Shown here one piece after another: positions 15,053 to 23,906 of a stretch of 39,194 bases of DNA (position 1 is its first letter; every line of letters begins with the position of its first letter). The stretch lies in the IMG/VR virus record IMGVR_UViG_3300045391_007586. One strand, written 5' to 3'. The notes beneath the pieces are model-generated. The model ran no database searches and was not told the DNA's origin. It worked only from the letters and a program-made list of their open reading frames with translations. Both the position numbers and the translations under genes were made by a program. This DNA comes from a virus (taxonomy: Duplodnaviria > Heunggongvirae > Uroviricota > Caudoviricetes).

Positions 15053-16224
15053 GCCAATCCCTTCCAGTCGATTTTGCTGTAGTCGAATCCGGCCTCATTC
15101 ACGGATGCGCCGACCAGGTAGCCATTGACGATAATTGGCGGGCCATCAGTCACAGGAAGGTAGAGCGGCGTCTCGGCGCCCCAACCTTGCTCCACCACTA
15201 CCTTGCGCTCGACGAAACCGCTGACGTTCGCAAACAATACGTCGTCGCCGGAAAGCACGCTGTAGTTGTCCCTCAAGCCGCCCACCTGCCCTACCGCAAC
15301 CTCATAGCGCCATTGGTCGGGATTCGCTGACCACCACCACTGCTGATCGCCACGCTTGGCCCAAAAGCAGTGCTCTTCGCTCCAGAGCAGCGAACGATCG
15401 GAGAAGCCCATCATGCGGCGAGGCCCCAACGAAGTAACGTAAAGGTGCTTCACGCGCGCAGGGCCATCAACACTCATCACGAGGTCGCCCGCGCAGACGC
15501 GCTCGACAGCCTTTGTAGTCCCATCCGCCATGAGAACGGTCGCACCTGCGGGGAAGCAGCAGCAAGGGCATTGGCAAACGCAGTTGCAGTTCGACAGGCC
15601 GGAGACGCCAGTAGGCCCCGGAGGTCCAGGTGGCCCCGGAGGTCCGTATGGACCGGCGTAGCCAGTCGGACCAGTTGCGCCGGGTGCGCCGGGTGCGCCG
15701 GGTGCGCCCGTAGGTCCGGCCGGACCCGCTGGACCGGTCGGGCCTACGAGGACCGTGCCAAGGTCAGCACCGCTCGCGATCTTGAATCCGGTGTTTGTGA
15801 CGGATGTGCCGGCCGACTTGAATGATTGAGCTGTCAGCAGCCCATACATTGCGCCGCCCGTGCGCAGCAGCCCGAATGCGGCGACCGCCTGCGCGAACGC
15901 CGTCGTCGCGAGCTGGTTCGTGTTGATGTTCGATGCCGGGGTGGGCGCTGTCGGAATGCCGGTGAACGTCGGCGAGTTCAGGTAGGCGCGCGTGCGGTTG
16001 AAGTCGACGAGAAGAATCCAGCTTGGAGTCAGCGAGCCGTTTTGCACGGCATACTGATAGAGCTGAAGCAGGTCCGTGCGAAAACAGAACATCCCGACCT
16101 GAAGATTTTTCGTCGGGAACGACGTGCCCGCGCTGTTGGACATCGCGGTAAGGTCGTTGTTGGTCAGTTCCACCAACCCGTTCGCGATTGAGTCGCTAAG
16201 TTGGATGTTCGTGAATTTTTGCAT
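15049..16224 (-). CDS. Tail fibre paralogue 1: fibre N-domain + collagen + CxCxCxCxCxC + Hint domain
   Basis: [12 protein letters not shown]...QLATTAF repeat; 17 GXY triplets (15592-15744); [11 protein letters not shown]; [24 protein letters not shown] and SEEH. Confidence 0.85.
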   Translation of the reverse strand: MQKFTNIQLSDSIANGLVELTNNDLTAMSNSAGTSFPTKNLQVGMFCFRTDLLQLYQYAVQNGSLTPSWILLVDFNRTRAYLNSPTFTGIPTAPTPASNINTNQLATTAFAQAVAAFGLLRTGGAMYGLLTAQSFKSAGTSVTNTGFKIASGADLGTVLVGPTGPAGPAGPTGAPGAPGAPGATGPTGYAGPYGPPGPPGPPGPTGVSGLSNCNCVCQCPCCCFPAGATVLMADGTTKAVERVCAGDLVMSVDGPARVKHLYVTSLGPRRMMGFSDRSLLWSEEHCFWAKRGDQQWWWSANPDQWRYEVAVGQVGGLRDNYSVLSGDDVLFANVSGFVERKVVVEQGWGAETPLYLPVTDGPPIIVNGYLVGASVNEAGFDYSKIDWKGLA

Positions 16225-16233
16225 GATCTGTTG

Positions 16234-16259
16234 TCACTCAGTGGTGACTGATTGTATCA
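16234..16259 (-). promoter_or_regulatory. Extended -10 promoter (TGn-TACAAT) with operator site 8 (16234-16251) upstream of the collagen-fibre genes
   Basis: Site TCACTCA-GTGG-TGACTGA. Confidence 0.65.
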
Positions 16260-16274
16260 CGCAACGCCAACAGC

Positions 16275-17801
16275 TTAGTAGCCGTGCGCCGCCCAACTGA
16301 TCGTGCCGGCGACGTTCTGGCCCGTTGTCGGATCGACGAGGATGACTGTGAATCCGGTGTTCGTCGGGGAGCCAACAAAGCGAGGAACCGCCAGCAAGTC
16401 CGTGCCGCCCTTCAATTGCAGGGTGATCTCGGGCACTTTGTGATACTTGCGGTTGAAAGTGACCGTGACACCGCTCGCGGCGTTCGTGATCGTCGCCTCG
16501 CCGCTATCATTCACGTCTGGCACGTCAACCGTAATACTCATGTCGGTCAGCACGCCGCGGTCGAGCGTGAACGACTGCACGACGGCGCGGAAAAGCGCCT
16601 TCTGGTAGGTGTATGTGCCAGTGATGAAGGGCTTGAAGTTCGAGTAGCCCGGAGGCGACGACGCCTGAATGAGCGCACGGAATGCGTCGTCATCGAGCGA
16701 ATCGGTCGTAATGGAGAGATTCGAGACCACGCCGTTACCGTGGCGTCGATATTCCTCCAGCAGGTTAAACGCTTCCGCCTGTGGAAGCGTCGTCGCCTTC
16801 GCGAGCGCATCCTTCGTCTTGAAACCTTCGCTTAGCAGACGAAGGTATTCCACCGTGCGGCCGAACAGCTCCGCCGTGGCAATCGCTTCGTCGATGCCAA
16901 GCGAAGCGTTCTTGACGATGAAGTCCTCGGTCGAGAAATTCTCGGCGAATGGCAGCTTGGTTGCCTGCGCATACTTCTCCAGCACCGATACCGCCTCACT
17001 CAACCTGTGAATGATCGAACGGGCGAGCGATTCGCCAACTTTGACACTCTCGTGCGGCCGAAGGCCATAGTCCTTATCGAAACCAGACTCGACAGCCGCG
17101 AACGCTTCAGCAAGCGGCAGCGTGAAGCTGTTTCCCTGGAGCTCCTGCGCCTTGATATGCTCAACGACGTGCAGGATCGACGAGGCAATGTGAGTGTAGG
17201 CTTCGGCCGTTCGCCACGATTCGGGAATCCCCTTCCCGAACCGCTTCAGGTAGTCGTCTGAAGCCTGAAAAAACTCAGCGAGGGCCTTCGACAGGTCGTT
17301 CCCATACTGATCGGCAATGGAGAAGCCGTCATGCAGGTGAAAGTCCTGCGCACGCGCCAGCGACTCGCCGACGACAATCGGCTCGTGCGGATTCTTTACG
17401 AACGAGCGCGTGACACCAACCTCGGCAGCGCTGAAGCTCTCGGCGAATGGCAGAATTGGGTGGTTGCCGTAGCGCTCAAGCGTGGAAATCGCCTCCGCGA
17501 TCTGCCGCACCTGATTGCGCAAAAGACTATCACTGACATGGATAGCCTCATGCGGGCGCAAGCCATAGTTGCGAACAGCCGCCTCAGCCGTCGAGAATTG
17601 CTCTGCAACGGGCTTTGTTGTCGCCTTACCGAGGCGTTCGACGTTAGTCCACCCCTCGGTCGTGCTGACCGTGTAGTTCGAGTCGTAGGACGTGTTCCAC
17701 GACTTCTGCCCTCGATAATCCGTCCAGCCAAAACCACTCCCGGCCCACGTGTAGTAAGGGCCGGGAGTGTTCTGGACGCTGACTGTCGTTGGTGTAGTCA
17801 C
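16275..17801 (-). CDS. Putative tail-associated protein with internal repeats and C-terminal beta-sandwich
   Basis: Lies in the tail module; repeated PHExxxVx(D/E)SLxR units; C-terminus VTVTFNRKY..VPEI...TGFTV...ISWAAHGY resembles fibre-tip (H-type lectin-like) folds. Confidence 0.6.
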   Translation of the reverse strand: MTTPTTVSVQNTPGPYYTWAGSGFGWTDYRGQKSWNTSYDSNYTVSTTEGWTNVERLGKATTKPVAEQFSTAEAAVRNYGLRPHEAIHVSDSLLRNQVRQIAEAISTLERYGNHPILPFAESFSAAEVGVTRSFVKNPHEPIVVGESLARAQDFHLHDGFSIADQYGNDLSKALAEFFQASDDYLKRFGKGIPESWRTAEAYTHIASSILHVVEHIKAQELQGNSFTLPLAEAFAAVESGFDKDYGLRPHESVKVGESLARSIIHRLSEAVSVLEKYAQATKLPFAENFSTEDFIVKNASLGIDEAIATAELFGRTVEYLRLLSEGFKTKDALAKATTLPQAEAFNLLEEYRRHGNGVVSNLSITTDSLDDDAFRALIQASSPPGYSNFKPFITGTYTYQKALFRAVVQSFTLDRGVLTDMSITVDVPDVNDSGEATITNAASGVTVTFNRKYHKVPEITLQLKGGTDLLAVPRFVGSPTNTGFTVILVDPTTGQNVAGTISWAAHGY

Positions 17802-17808
17802 GCGCTGG

Positions 17809-17826
17809 TCAGTCAGTTACGACTGA
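17809..17826. promoter_or_regulatory. Operator-like site 9 (TCAGTCA-GTTA-CGACTGA)
   Basis: Intergenic, 8 bp upstream of the GTG of the 508-aa gene. Confidence 0.72.
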
Positions 17827-17829
17827 CTT

Positions 17830-18279
17830 TCAGGACAAAGTAAACGTGAAGACTGCCGTCAGGGTGTCGTTCGCGCCCTTGTTGACCACCGGAAAGCTCA
17901 CATGGTCGAACATCGTGCCGTTCGCTGCGGCATTGAACACGCCAGCTTCGGTGATTGCCGCGGTTGCCACGCCGGGGTTGAACGTTGCCGTGAACGAGAA
18001 CTGCTGCGTGCCCTGCGTGTGCGCATATGTTGCGGCCAGACGCGAAACCTCGGTTCCCAGGGCGGTGTCGCCGGCAACCGGAGTTGCGGTGCCCGTCCCG
18101 AGCGCGATGTAGCCCATGCACGCCGGCCGGCTCCCCGCGTTGCCGATCGCGTCGCAAATGAAGTCGAAGCCGTTCTGGACGATGATGTTGTCCTTGTGCA
18201 TGACTTCATTCGTGCCATCCTCCTTCTGGAGGATCAGGGTCAGTGCGCCGTGAACCTTGGCCTTGCTGTGTGCTTCCAT
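17830..18279 (-). CDS. Putative tail structural protein (fibre-anchor-like, 149 aa)
   Basis: AGGAGA RBS; IALGTG, ITEAGVF and D.LT..FTFT patterns typical of fibre N-terminal domains; follows the J-like gene. Confidence 0.65.
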   Translation of the reverse strand: MEAHSKAKVHGALTLILQKEDGTNEVMHKDNIIVQNGFDFICDAIGNAGSRPACMGYIALGTGTATPVAGDTALGTEVSRLAATYAHTQGTQQFSFTATFNPGVATAAITEAGVFNAAANGTMFDHVSFPVVNKGANDTLTAVFTFTLS

Positions 18280-18306
18280 TGAAAGAATCTCCTTTAGGAT
18301 GCGCGG

Positions 18307-18335
18307 ATTATCAATCAGCTACGACTGATTGTCAA
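18307..18335 (-). promoter_or_regulatory. Promoter TTGACA-N17-GATAAT with operator site 10 (18311-18328) in the spacer
   Basis: Site TCAATCA-GCTA-CGACTGA. Confidence 0.78.
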
Positions 18336-18336
18336 G

Positions 18337-21300
18337 TTAATAGAGAGCCACCGTTGTGAAGGCTCCCTGCGGCAGCAGGCTCTCGGTGTCCGAGTTGACC
18401 TGCTGGCCGTCCATCGAACCGACGAAGATGCTGCGCGTCGCTTGTCCTTGGTTGATCGCCACAAGGTATTGAATTCCGGTCGTCAGAACGAACGGCACAT
18501 ATTGGCGATACGCCTTCCCGTCTTCGAGATAGAACGCCTGCTTTTGAGCCGAGTAGCCAACACGCAGTAGCGCGCCATTAGCGCCGGTCAATGTCAGAAA
18601 GATGCAATCGGCAATCTCTTGCGGCGCAACCCAGAACGAGGTCGAGAAGACGGACGGCACGTTCACAGCCCACTTCACGAACGTCGTGTCGACGACATCG
18701 ACGCCCTGCCCGAAGCGGCCCTTTCCGTAGCTAACGCCGAGGGACTGCGTAGGCTGATCGCCCTGCAATCCCTGCAACGTTCCATTGAGCCCAAAACCGT
18801 CGACATCGTTCGGTTGAACGCCCTGGAACAAAGAAATCTGGGCGAACCCGTTCATGTTCGTCAGCGTCCCGGACGGGAGCCAACTTTGCCCCGCCTGCGC
18901 ATCGCCCCACGTGAAGTCGGCGCTATCCCATGTCAGCCCCGTCTTCACGGCGGCGTTCAAGCCGACCGAGACGGTGTTGTTCGCCGTGAACGTATCCCCG
19001 AGGTCCACCGCCATCATGTATTCGCCCTGCGTCACGCCGTCGTCCATGACGAGTTCGCCATCTTCGACCGTGAAGCCGAAGGCGGTGTCGGGGAAATTGT
19101 TCTGCGCCGCATCATCGACATAGACGACGTTGGTATTCGACGGCTGCGCGACGACGGCAGTCGAGAATACCGGCGTGTCACCATAGATGCCCGGTGATGC
19201 AACTGCCTTGATCCAGAATGTCGGCTGGCCGGAATACCCAGACGGCATCGTGTAGGTCGTCGCTTTGACCTGCGTTACTAGAATCGATGTGTTCCACGTC
19301 AACCCTTGGCGAATCTCGTAATACTCGATGTTGTCTTCCGGGTTCTTGTTCCAGACGAACACGAGGGATTGATACGACTGATTTACATCGAATCCCGTCA
19401 CCGCAACCGGCGCGTTCAGAGTGACGCCCACCTCCGCGGCACTCGTGGAATAAATCTTGGCGGTATTGATCGCCTTGATCCAATACTGCTTCTGCCCTGC
19501 GGTCGATTCGTGCGCCGAGAACGAAGTGCCCTGATAGTTCGTCACCAGAACTGTGCCGTCATCCCAATTGACCCCTTCCCGAATCTCGTAACCGGCAAGG
19601 TCGACTTCGGTGTTCGGCGACCACTGAAGCAGAATGTCCGACACGCGAACGGTCAAGGTGAAGTCCGCCACCTGAGCGGGCGGCAGCAGTTGCCCTTGAA
19701 CGGTATAGGTAATCTGCGGCGCGAGCCCGTATGGAGCTTTTGCCCCGACGACATCCTGCGCCTGCACCTTGAAAGTGACTACCTGGCCCTGGTTCAGGTC
19801 GATCGTGGCCCGGTCGTATGCCTTGTCGGTCAGCAGTTGCCACGCCCCGCCGTCCACACTCGTATAGACGGACGAGTTCGCGTAGGTGCTCTGCGCCGAC
19901 GAGAACGACACCGTGACATGGCTGCGGAAGTTGTTGCCCGTCCGGTAGAGCTCTTCGGTCACGCCGGCAATCGTCGCCTGCTTGACGGTCGGATCGAGCG
20001 CAGAATAGTCCGGCTCCGGGGCCGCGCTCGCGCCGGAAAGATCGTAGATCGACGGGTTGTATTCGATCGCCGTGATGTCGCGCCGGTAGTCGGTCGTGCC
20101 GCTGATTGCCGTGACGCGGAACGGCTTGCCATACTTCCCGACCGAGCCAAACATCCAGTTCTGGAACTGTGCGGGCGCGGCCGGCAGTGGCGACTGGAGC
20201 GTGAGCTGCGTGTTGCCGGTCTGCCCGTTGTTCACGACGCCGACCGTGATCATGCAGTCGGTGTCGTAGAGCTGGTAGGTATATCCGTTCTGGAATGGCG
20301 CGGTCGAATCGACCATGACGCCCCACAGGCCGGCATTGTTGTAATGCGTGCCCGTGACCTCGAAGTCCCCGATCAGCGCACCGCCTTGATATGCCCAGAT
20401 GCGGCGCACGCGCTGAACACCGTCGAACCCAGACAGCCAGAGCACGTTGCCCGACATGCCGACGATCGTCCCGGCGTAGCGTTGCAGGCTATCCCACAGA
20501 ACCATGAGCTGATATTGCAGCCCCGGCGTCATATCAACCGGGCGGTCGAGCTGCACGACAGTCTGCGTCGAGCCCGCAGCGAAACGACCGCCATAGCCCC
20601 AATCCGGCATGTCGTGCTGCACGAGAATCACATCGCCGACCGTGCAGGCGACTGCTTCGAGCGGCGCACCGAACTGGATCGTCTGAGTGACGTAGCGGTT
20701 CAGGTTGAGCTGGAACAGCGCTTCCTGATACGCGCGCTGATAGTCGACAATGCCGATCAACTGAATCTGCGCAGTCTTGGGCGCGCGGCCAGCGACGATC
20801 GCGGACGGGTCATAAACCCGAACACGATGCTCCTTGTAGTGGTCGGTCTGGTCGTAATATGCGACCTCGATCTCGTTTGCGCGGTCGGTGATGCTCGACC
20901 ACGACTCCTGGAAGGAGCCCTCGATGATGTTCGCCACCGAGAACATCATGACCGGATCGGCCGGCCCTTCGATCGCGATCGTGTAGCGGGTGCCAGCATT
21001 CACAAGCTGCCCATGCCCGACACGCAGCACAATCTGAAGCGCATCCCAGAGGCTCTGCTGCTGATCGATGACGCCGTTGAACGTCAGCCCTTCGGCGTTG
21101 CAGAAATCTGCCCACCGCTTGAACGCGTCCAGGTCGAGCCGCGACGGGTCCATGCCGCCGCCGTATCGCGTGTTCGTCATCATGTCCCAGACGATCCACG
21201 CGGGGTTATTCCAATTGCTGTAAACCCATTGCGGAACATCCGACCAGGACACGTCCACGTAGCCCCAAATCAGCTTGCCGTGGTTGAGGTAGGTGACGTT

Positions 21301-22830
21301 CGGGATCGATGAGAGCTGATTGGTAAGCAGCACTTGCACCGCCACGAGAGCGGTGTTGTTGTAGCCAACCGAGCCGTAGGTGATCTCGTTGATGTCCGAG
21401 ACCGACACGATGTCCATCGTGTATTGATCCGACAACGCGGCCACGTTCGACGTGCGTCGCATGCGGATGTTATACATCCCGGTCGGAACCTGCTGCGACC
21501 AGACAGACATGCGCACCGCCGAGCGGTTGTTGTCCGAAATCTGGATCACGCCCGAGTAGCGCGGAATCTGCATCGACGCGCGATTGCCCCACACGTTGAT
21601 GCCGACGTAGTTCCGATTGATCGTATCGAGGTCTTGCTGGCTCACCGGCCCGTAATTCGGGTTGCCCGTGGAGTCGCTGTAATACCAGTTGTAGGTCGGC
21701 GGAACTTCGGTGTATTGCCACCCCCAAGGGCCATTCGTTTCGACGACATACATATTCGACGTGTCGTCGTAATAAAGGTAGTTGGCCGGAGGCGTGATCG
21801 TTGCCCACACCCACTGCATCGTCTCGATGGTTGTCGTGGGCGTCACCGATTGCCAGGCGCCCGTCCCGAGCGGTGCGAACTGCATTTCCATTTGGACGGA
21901 AATGCCGCTGGAACTGCCACTGTTCTTGTCGACGTGGTAGAGACCGTCCGGCGCCACGACGTCCACGCGGAACGCATCAATCGGCCCCTGGGTCGTGTAG
22001 TAGACCCATTCCGTCGTCAGAGTCTCGTTGAAACTGAACGGCGCGATGTTCTGTGAGAATCCGGGCAGCGGTTGCTGCTGCGGATTTCCCGGCAACGTCC
22101 ACACGTTGACGTTCTGGTAGAGCGTGTAGTCGTTGAAGTCGAACTGAACGTCCGTAATGCCAGCGATCGGCCCCTCGCCGGCCGCAATCAGCATGTGCAG
22201 GATTTGTGTCGCGTAGCCCTGTGGATCGGTCGCGCCGTTATCCACATACATATCGATGATGTTGCCGGCCATGCGAACGGTCCCGTAAACAACCGGGACC
22301 GGCGTGTTTTCGAGCGACGTGTTCTTTGCGCCGTCGATACCGTAGGTTGGCGACGTTTTGCCCTGATCCGTGTTGGCTTTGGGCGCGGGAAGAAGCGCAT
22401 TAACGAGCAGCGTGCCCGCGATCGTCACGGCCATCGAGGCGGCAACGCCAGCAGCGGCGCCCGCTACAGTGCCGAAGCCGCCGTATGCCGCAGCAGCAGC
22501 GCCGCCCGTGTAGACGGACGCCACAGCAACCGCGATCATTGCGATGATGCGGAAAATCCCCTTGCCGCCGCCACCACCGCCTTGTGGGACGGGACAAAGC
22601 ACGATGTTGTCTGTCGGTGCCAGATACGTCACCGGGAAGTTATCCGGCTCGACGACCTTGCCATTGATCGAGACAACGTGCTCGATTGACCCTGCCGGAA
22701 AATAATCGGCAAGCGTGAAGTCGCCGACCCATTCAATCTCTTCGCGAACGTGCTCGCGAGGATTGAACGGGTTGACGATACGAATGACGGGAATCTTACT
22801 GGACGGCTTGAGCGCTACGAGGTCCGACAT
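18337..22830 (-). CDS. Central tail fibre / host-specificity protein (lambda J-like, I-like N-terminus)
   Basis: About 1500 aa; Gly/Ala-rich TM-like segment then PVPVVYG; FN3-like repeats (LQWSPN.E.DLAGYEIR, FVWNKN..NIEYYEIR). Start ATG 22830 (TTG 22845 possible). Confidence 0.88.
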   Translation of the reverse strand: MSDLVALKPSSKIPVIRIVNPFNPREHVREEIEWVGDFTLADYFPAGSIEHVVSINGKVVEPDNFPVTYLAPTDNIVLCPVPQGGGGGGKGIFRIIAMIAVAVASVYTGGAAAAAYGGFGTVAGAAAGVAASMAVTIAGTLLVNALLPAPKANTDQGKTSPTYGIDGAKNTSLENTPVPVVYGTVRMAGNIIDMYVDNGATDPQGYATQILHMLIAAGEGPIAGITDVQFDFNDYTLYQNVNVWTLPGNPQQQPLPGFSQNIAPFSFNETLTTEWVYYTTQGPIDAFRVDVVAPDGLYHVDKNSGSSSGISVQMEMQFAPLGTGAWQSVTPTTTIETMQWVWATITPPANYLYYDDTSNMYVVETNGPWGWQYTEVPPTYNWYYSDSTGNPNYGPVSQQDLDTINRNYVGINVWGNRASMQIPRYSGVIQISDNNRSAVRMSVWSQQVPTGMYNIRMRRTSNVAALSDQYTMDIVSVSDINEITYGSVGYNNTALVAVQVLLTNQLSSIPNVTYLNHGKLIWGYVDVSWSDVPQWVYSNWNNPAWIVWDMMTNTRYGGGMDPSRLDLDAFKRWADFCNAEGLTFNGVIDQQQSLWDALQIVLRVGHGQLVNAGTRYTIAIEGPADPVMMFSVANIIEGSFQESWSSITDRANEIEVAYYDQTDHYKEHRVRVYDPSAIVAGRAPKTAQIQLIGIVDYQRAYQEALFQLNLNRYVTQTIQFGAPLEAVACTVGDVILVQHDMPDWGYGGRFAAGSTQTVVQLDRPVDMTPGLQYQLMVLWDSLQRYAGTIVGMSGNVLWLSGFDGVQRVRRIWAYQGGALIGDFEVTGTHYNNAGLWGVMVDSTAPFQNGYTYQLYDTDCMITVGVVNNGQTGNTQLTLQSPLPAAPAQFQNWMFGSVGKYGKPFRVTAISGTTDYRRDITAIEYNPSIYDLSGASAAPEPDYSALDPTVKQATIAGVTEELYRTGNNFRSHVTVSFSSAQSTYANSSVYTSVDGGAWQLLTDKAYDRATIDLNQGQVVTFKVQAQDVVGAKAPYGLAPQITYTVQGQLLPPAQVADFTLTVRVSDILLQWSPNTEVDLAGYEIREGVNWDDGTVLVTNYQGTSFSAHESTAGQKQYWIKAINTAKIYSTSAAEVGVTLNAPVAVTGFDVNQSYQSLVFVWNKNPEDNIEYYEIRQGLTWNTSILVTQVKATTYTMPSGYSGQPTFWIKAVASPGIYGDTPVFSTAVVAQPSNTNVVYVDDAAQNNFPDTAFGFTVEDGELVMDDGVTQGEYMMAVDLGDTFTANNTVSVGLNAAVKTGLTWDSADFTWGDAQAGQSWLPSGTLTNMNGFAQISLFQGVQPNDVDGFGLNGTLQGLQGDQPTQSLGVSYGKGRFGQGVDVVDTTFVKWAVNVPSVFSTSFWVAPQEIADCIFLTLTGANGALLRVGYSAQKQAFYLEDGKAYRQYVPFVLTTGIQYLVAINQGQATRSIFVGSMDGQQVNSDTESLLPQGAFTTVALY

Positions 22831-23194
22831 ACTTATAGAATCCAACGAGACGAAGTTTCCAATTCGCGATCGGCTCGACGAGAACCCCGCCGCTGCGCTC
22901 CCATGAATGGATCATTCGGTATCGGTCAAGCATGTAGCCCACATGCGAGACATACCGGCCAATACGAAAAAGCGCGACAGCGCCGCGATCGCATTTCGTC
23001 TCTTCCCACTGAGGCAGGGCCTCGCCGACCAGCGCCGCAACAACTCCTTGATCGGAGTGCGCACCGAAGTCGGGAATCACAATGCCGTCACGCCTCGACA
23101 TTTCCATGACGAGCCCGTAACAGTCGAACGAGTCAGGACCACGCCCGCGCACCTTGAACGGAACGCCGATGAGGTCTACGTGGTTAGCCGGCAT
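22796..23194 (-). CDS. NlpC/P60 tail-tip protein (lambda K-like)
   Basis: GRGPDSFDCYGLV and SHVG catalytic motifs; true start ATG 23194. Confidence 0.88.
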   Translation of the reverse strand: MPANHVDLIGVPFKVRGRGPDSFDCYGLVMEMSRRDGIVIPDFGAHSDQGVVAALVGEALPQWEETKCDRGAVALFRIGRYVSHVGYMLDRYRMIHSWERSGGVLVEPIANWKLRLVGFYKYVGPRSAQAVQ

Positions 23195-23840
23195 ACTGGA
23201 GGTTGTTCTGGTTGATCGCCGGGAAACCGCCGAAGTTGATGGTGTTGTTGTGAGCTGCACACCCATTCGGACCCTTGAAAGAAAGGTCGCAAGACGGGTT
23301 CGGGCCGGTGTAGCCGCACTCGGCGCTCCTGTATCGCCATTGGCAGAAGTCACGCGTCTGCGTGCGGCGCGGGAATGTCTGCATGACGGTGTTCTCTGCG
23401 CCGAGCGTGAAGGTGCAGACGTATTGCTGCGCGGTGGCGCCGACCACTTCGAAATATTCGACGAGCTCCGGGCCTTGCCCCAGGTTGCCGGCGTTGATCA
23501 CGTAGACCGTGACCTTGAAGCCGATGCCGCCGCCGTAAGCCTGCATGCGCGCCTGAACCGCCCGCGAATAGTCGTTGATCGAGAGCTGGATTGTCGGCTG
23601 CGCGTTCGCCTGCTCTTTCAGTTCGATGTCAAACGACATCGCCTGGTATTCGTTGCCGTTGAAGTCGATCGGCTCATCATTGCGCACGACATACAACGTC
23701 TCCACCAGACTGCCCGACAGCGGATCGATTACCTGAATGTCGAGCGCGATCAGCCAGGGATTCCCCGACGAGAGCTTGTTCTTCTCGATGACCGATGCAA
23801 CAGACAGGGATTTTTGCGTCATGGCTTTTGCGGGCGGCAA
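23184..23840 (-). CDS. Minor tail protein (lambda L-like)
   Basis: C-terminal four-Cys pattern FCQWRYRSAECGY..SCD..C and FGGFP; start ATG 23840 or 23822. Confidence 0.82.
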   Translation of the reverse strand: MPPAKAMTQKSLSVASVIEKNKLSSGNPWLIALDIQVIDPLSGSLVETLYVVRNDEPIDFNGNEYQAMSFDIELKEQANAQPTIQLSINDYSRAVQARMQAYGGGIGFKVTVYVINAGNLGQGPELVEYFEVVGATAQQYVCTFTLGAENTVMQTFPRRTQTRDFCQWRYRSAECGYTGPNPSCDLSFKGPNGCAAHNNTINFGGFPAINQNNLQYAG

Positions 23841-23872
23841 CGCCGCCCTCGATGAAGGAACACTAACGCAGA

Positions 23873-23901
23873 ATCATATATCAGTCATCTGTGACTGACA
23901 A
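23873..23901 (-). promoter_or_regulatory. Promoter TTGTCA-N17-TATGAT with operator site 11 (23881-23898) in the spacer
   Basis: Site is the full palindrome TCAGTCA-TCTG-TGACTGA. Confidence 0.78.
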
Positions 23902-23906
23902 GACGA

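Noticed and set aside
13169-15558. Calling the Hint domains mobile splicing inteins
   Set aside because: No terminal His-Asn, no downstream Cys/Ser/Thr extein and no homing endonuclease motifs.
15682-15708. Perfect 9-bp tandem repeat (GGGTGCGCC x3) and similar repeats at 14400-14450
   Set aside because: Explained by collagen Gly-Ala-Pro and Gly-Pro-Pro codons.
13169-16224. Paralogous fibre tips as a DGR template/variable pair or an invertible shufflon
   Set aside because: The stretches I compared differ at all base types rather than only at adenines; all copies are intact and co-oriented; no reverse transcriptase or invertase is in the window.
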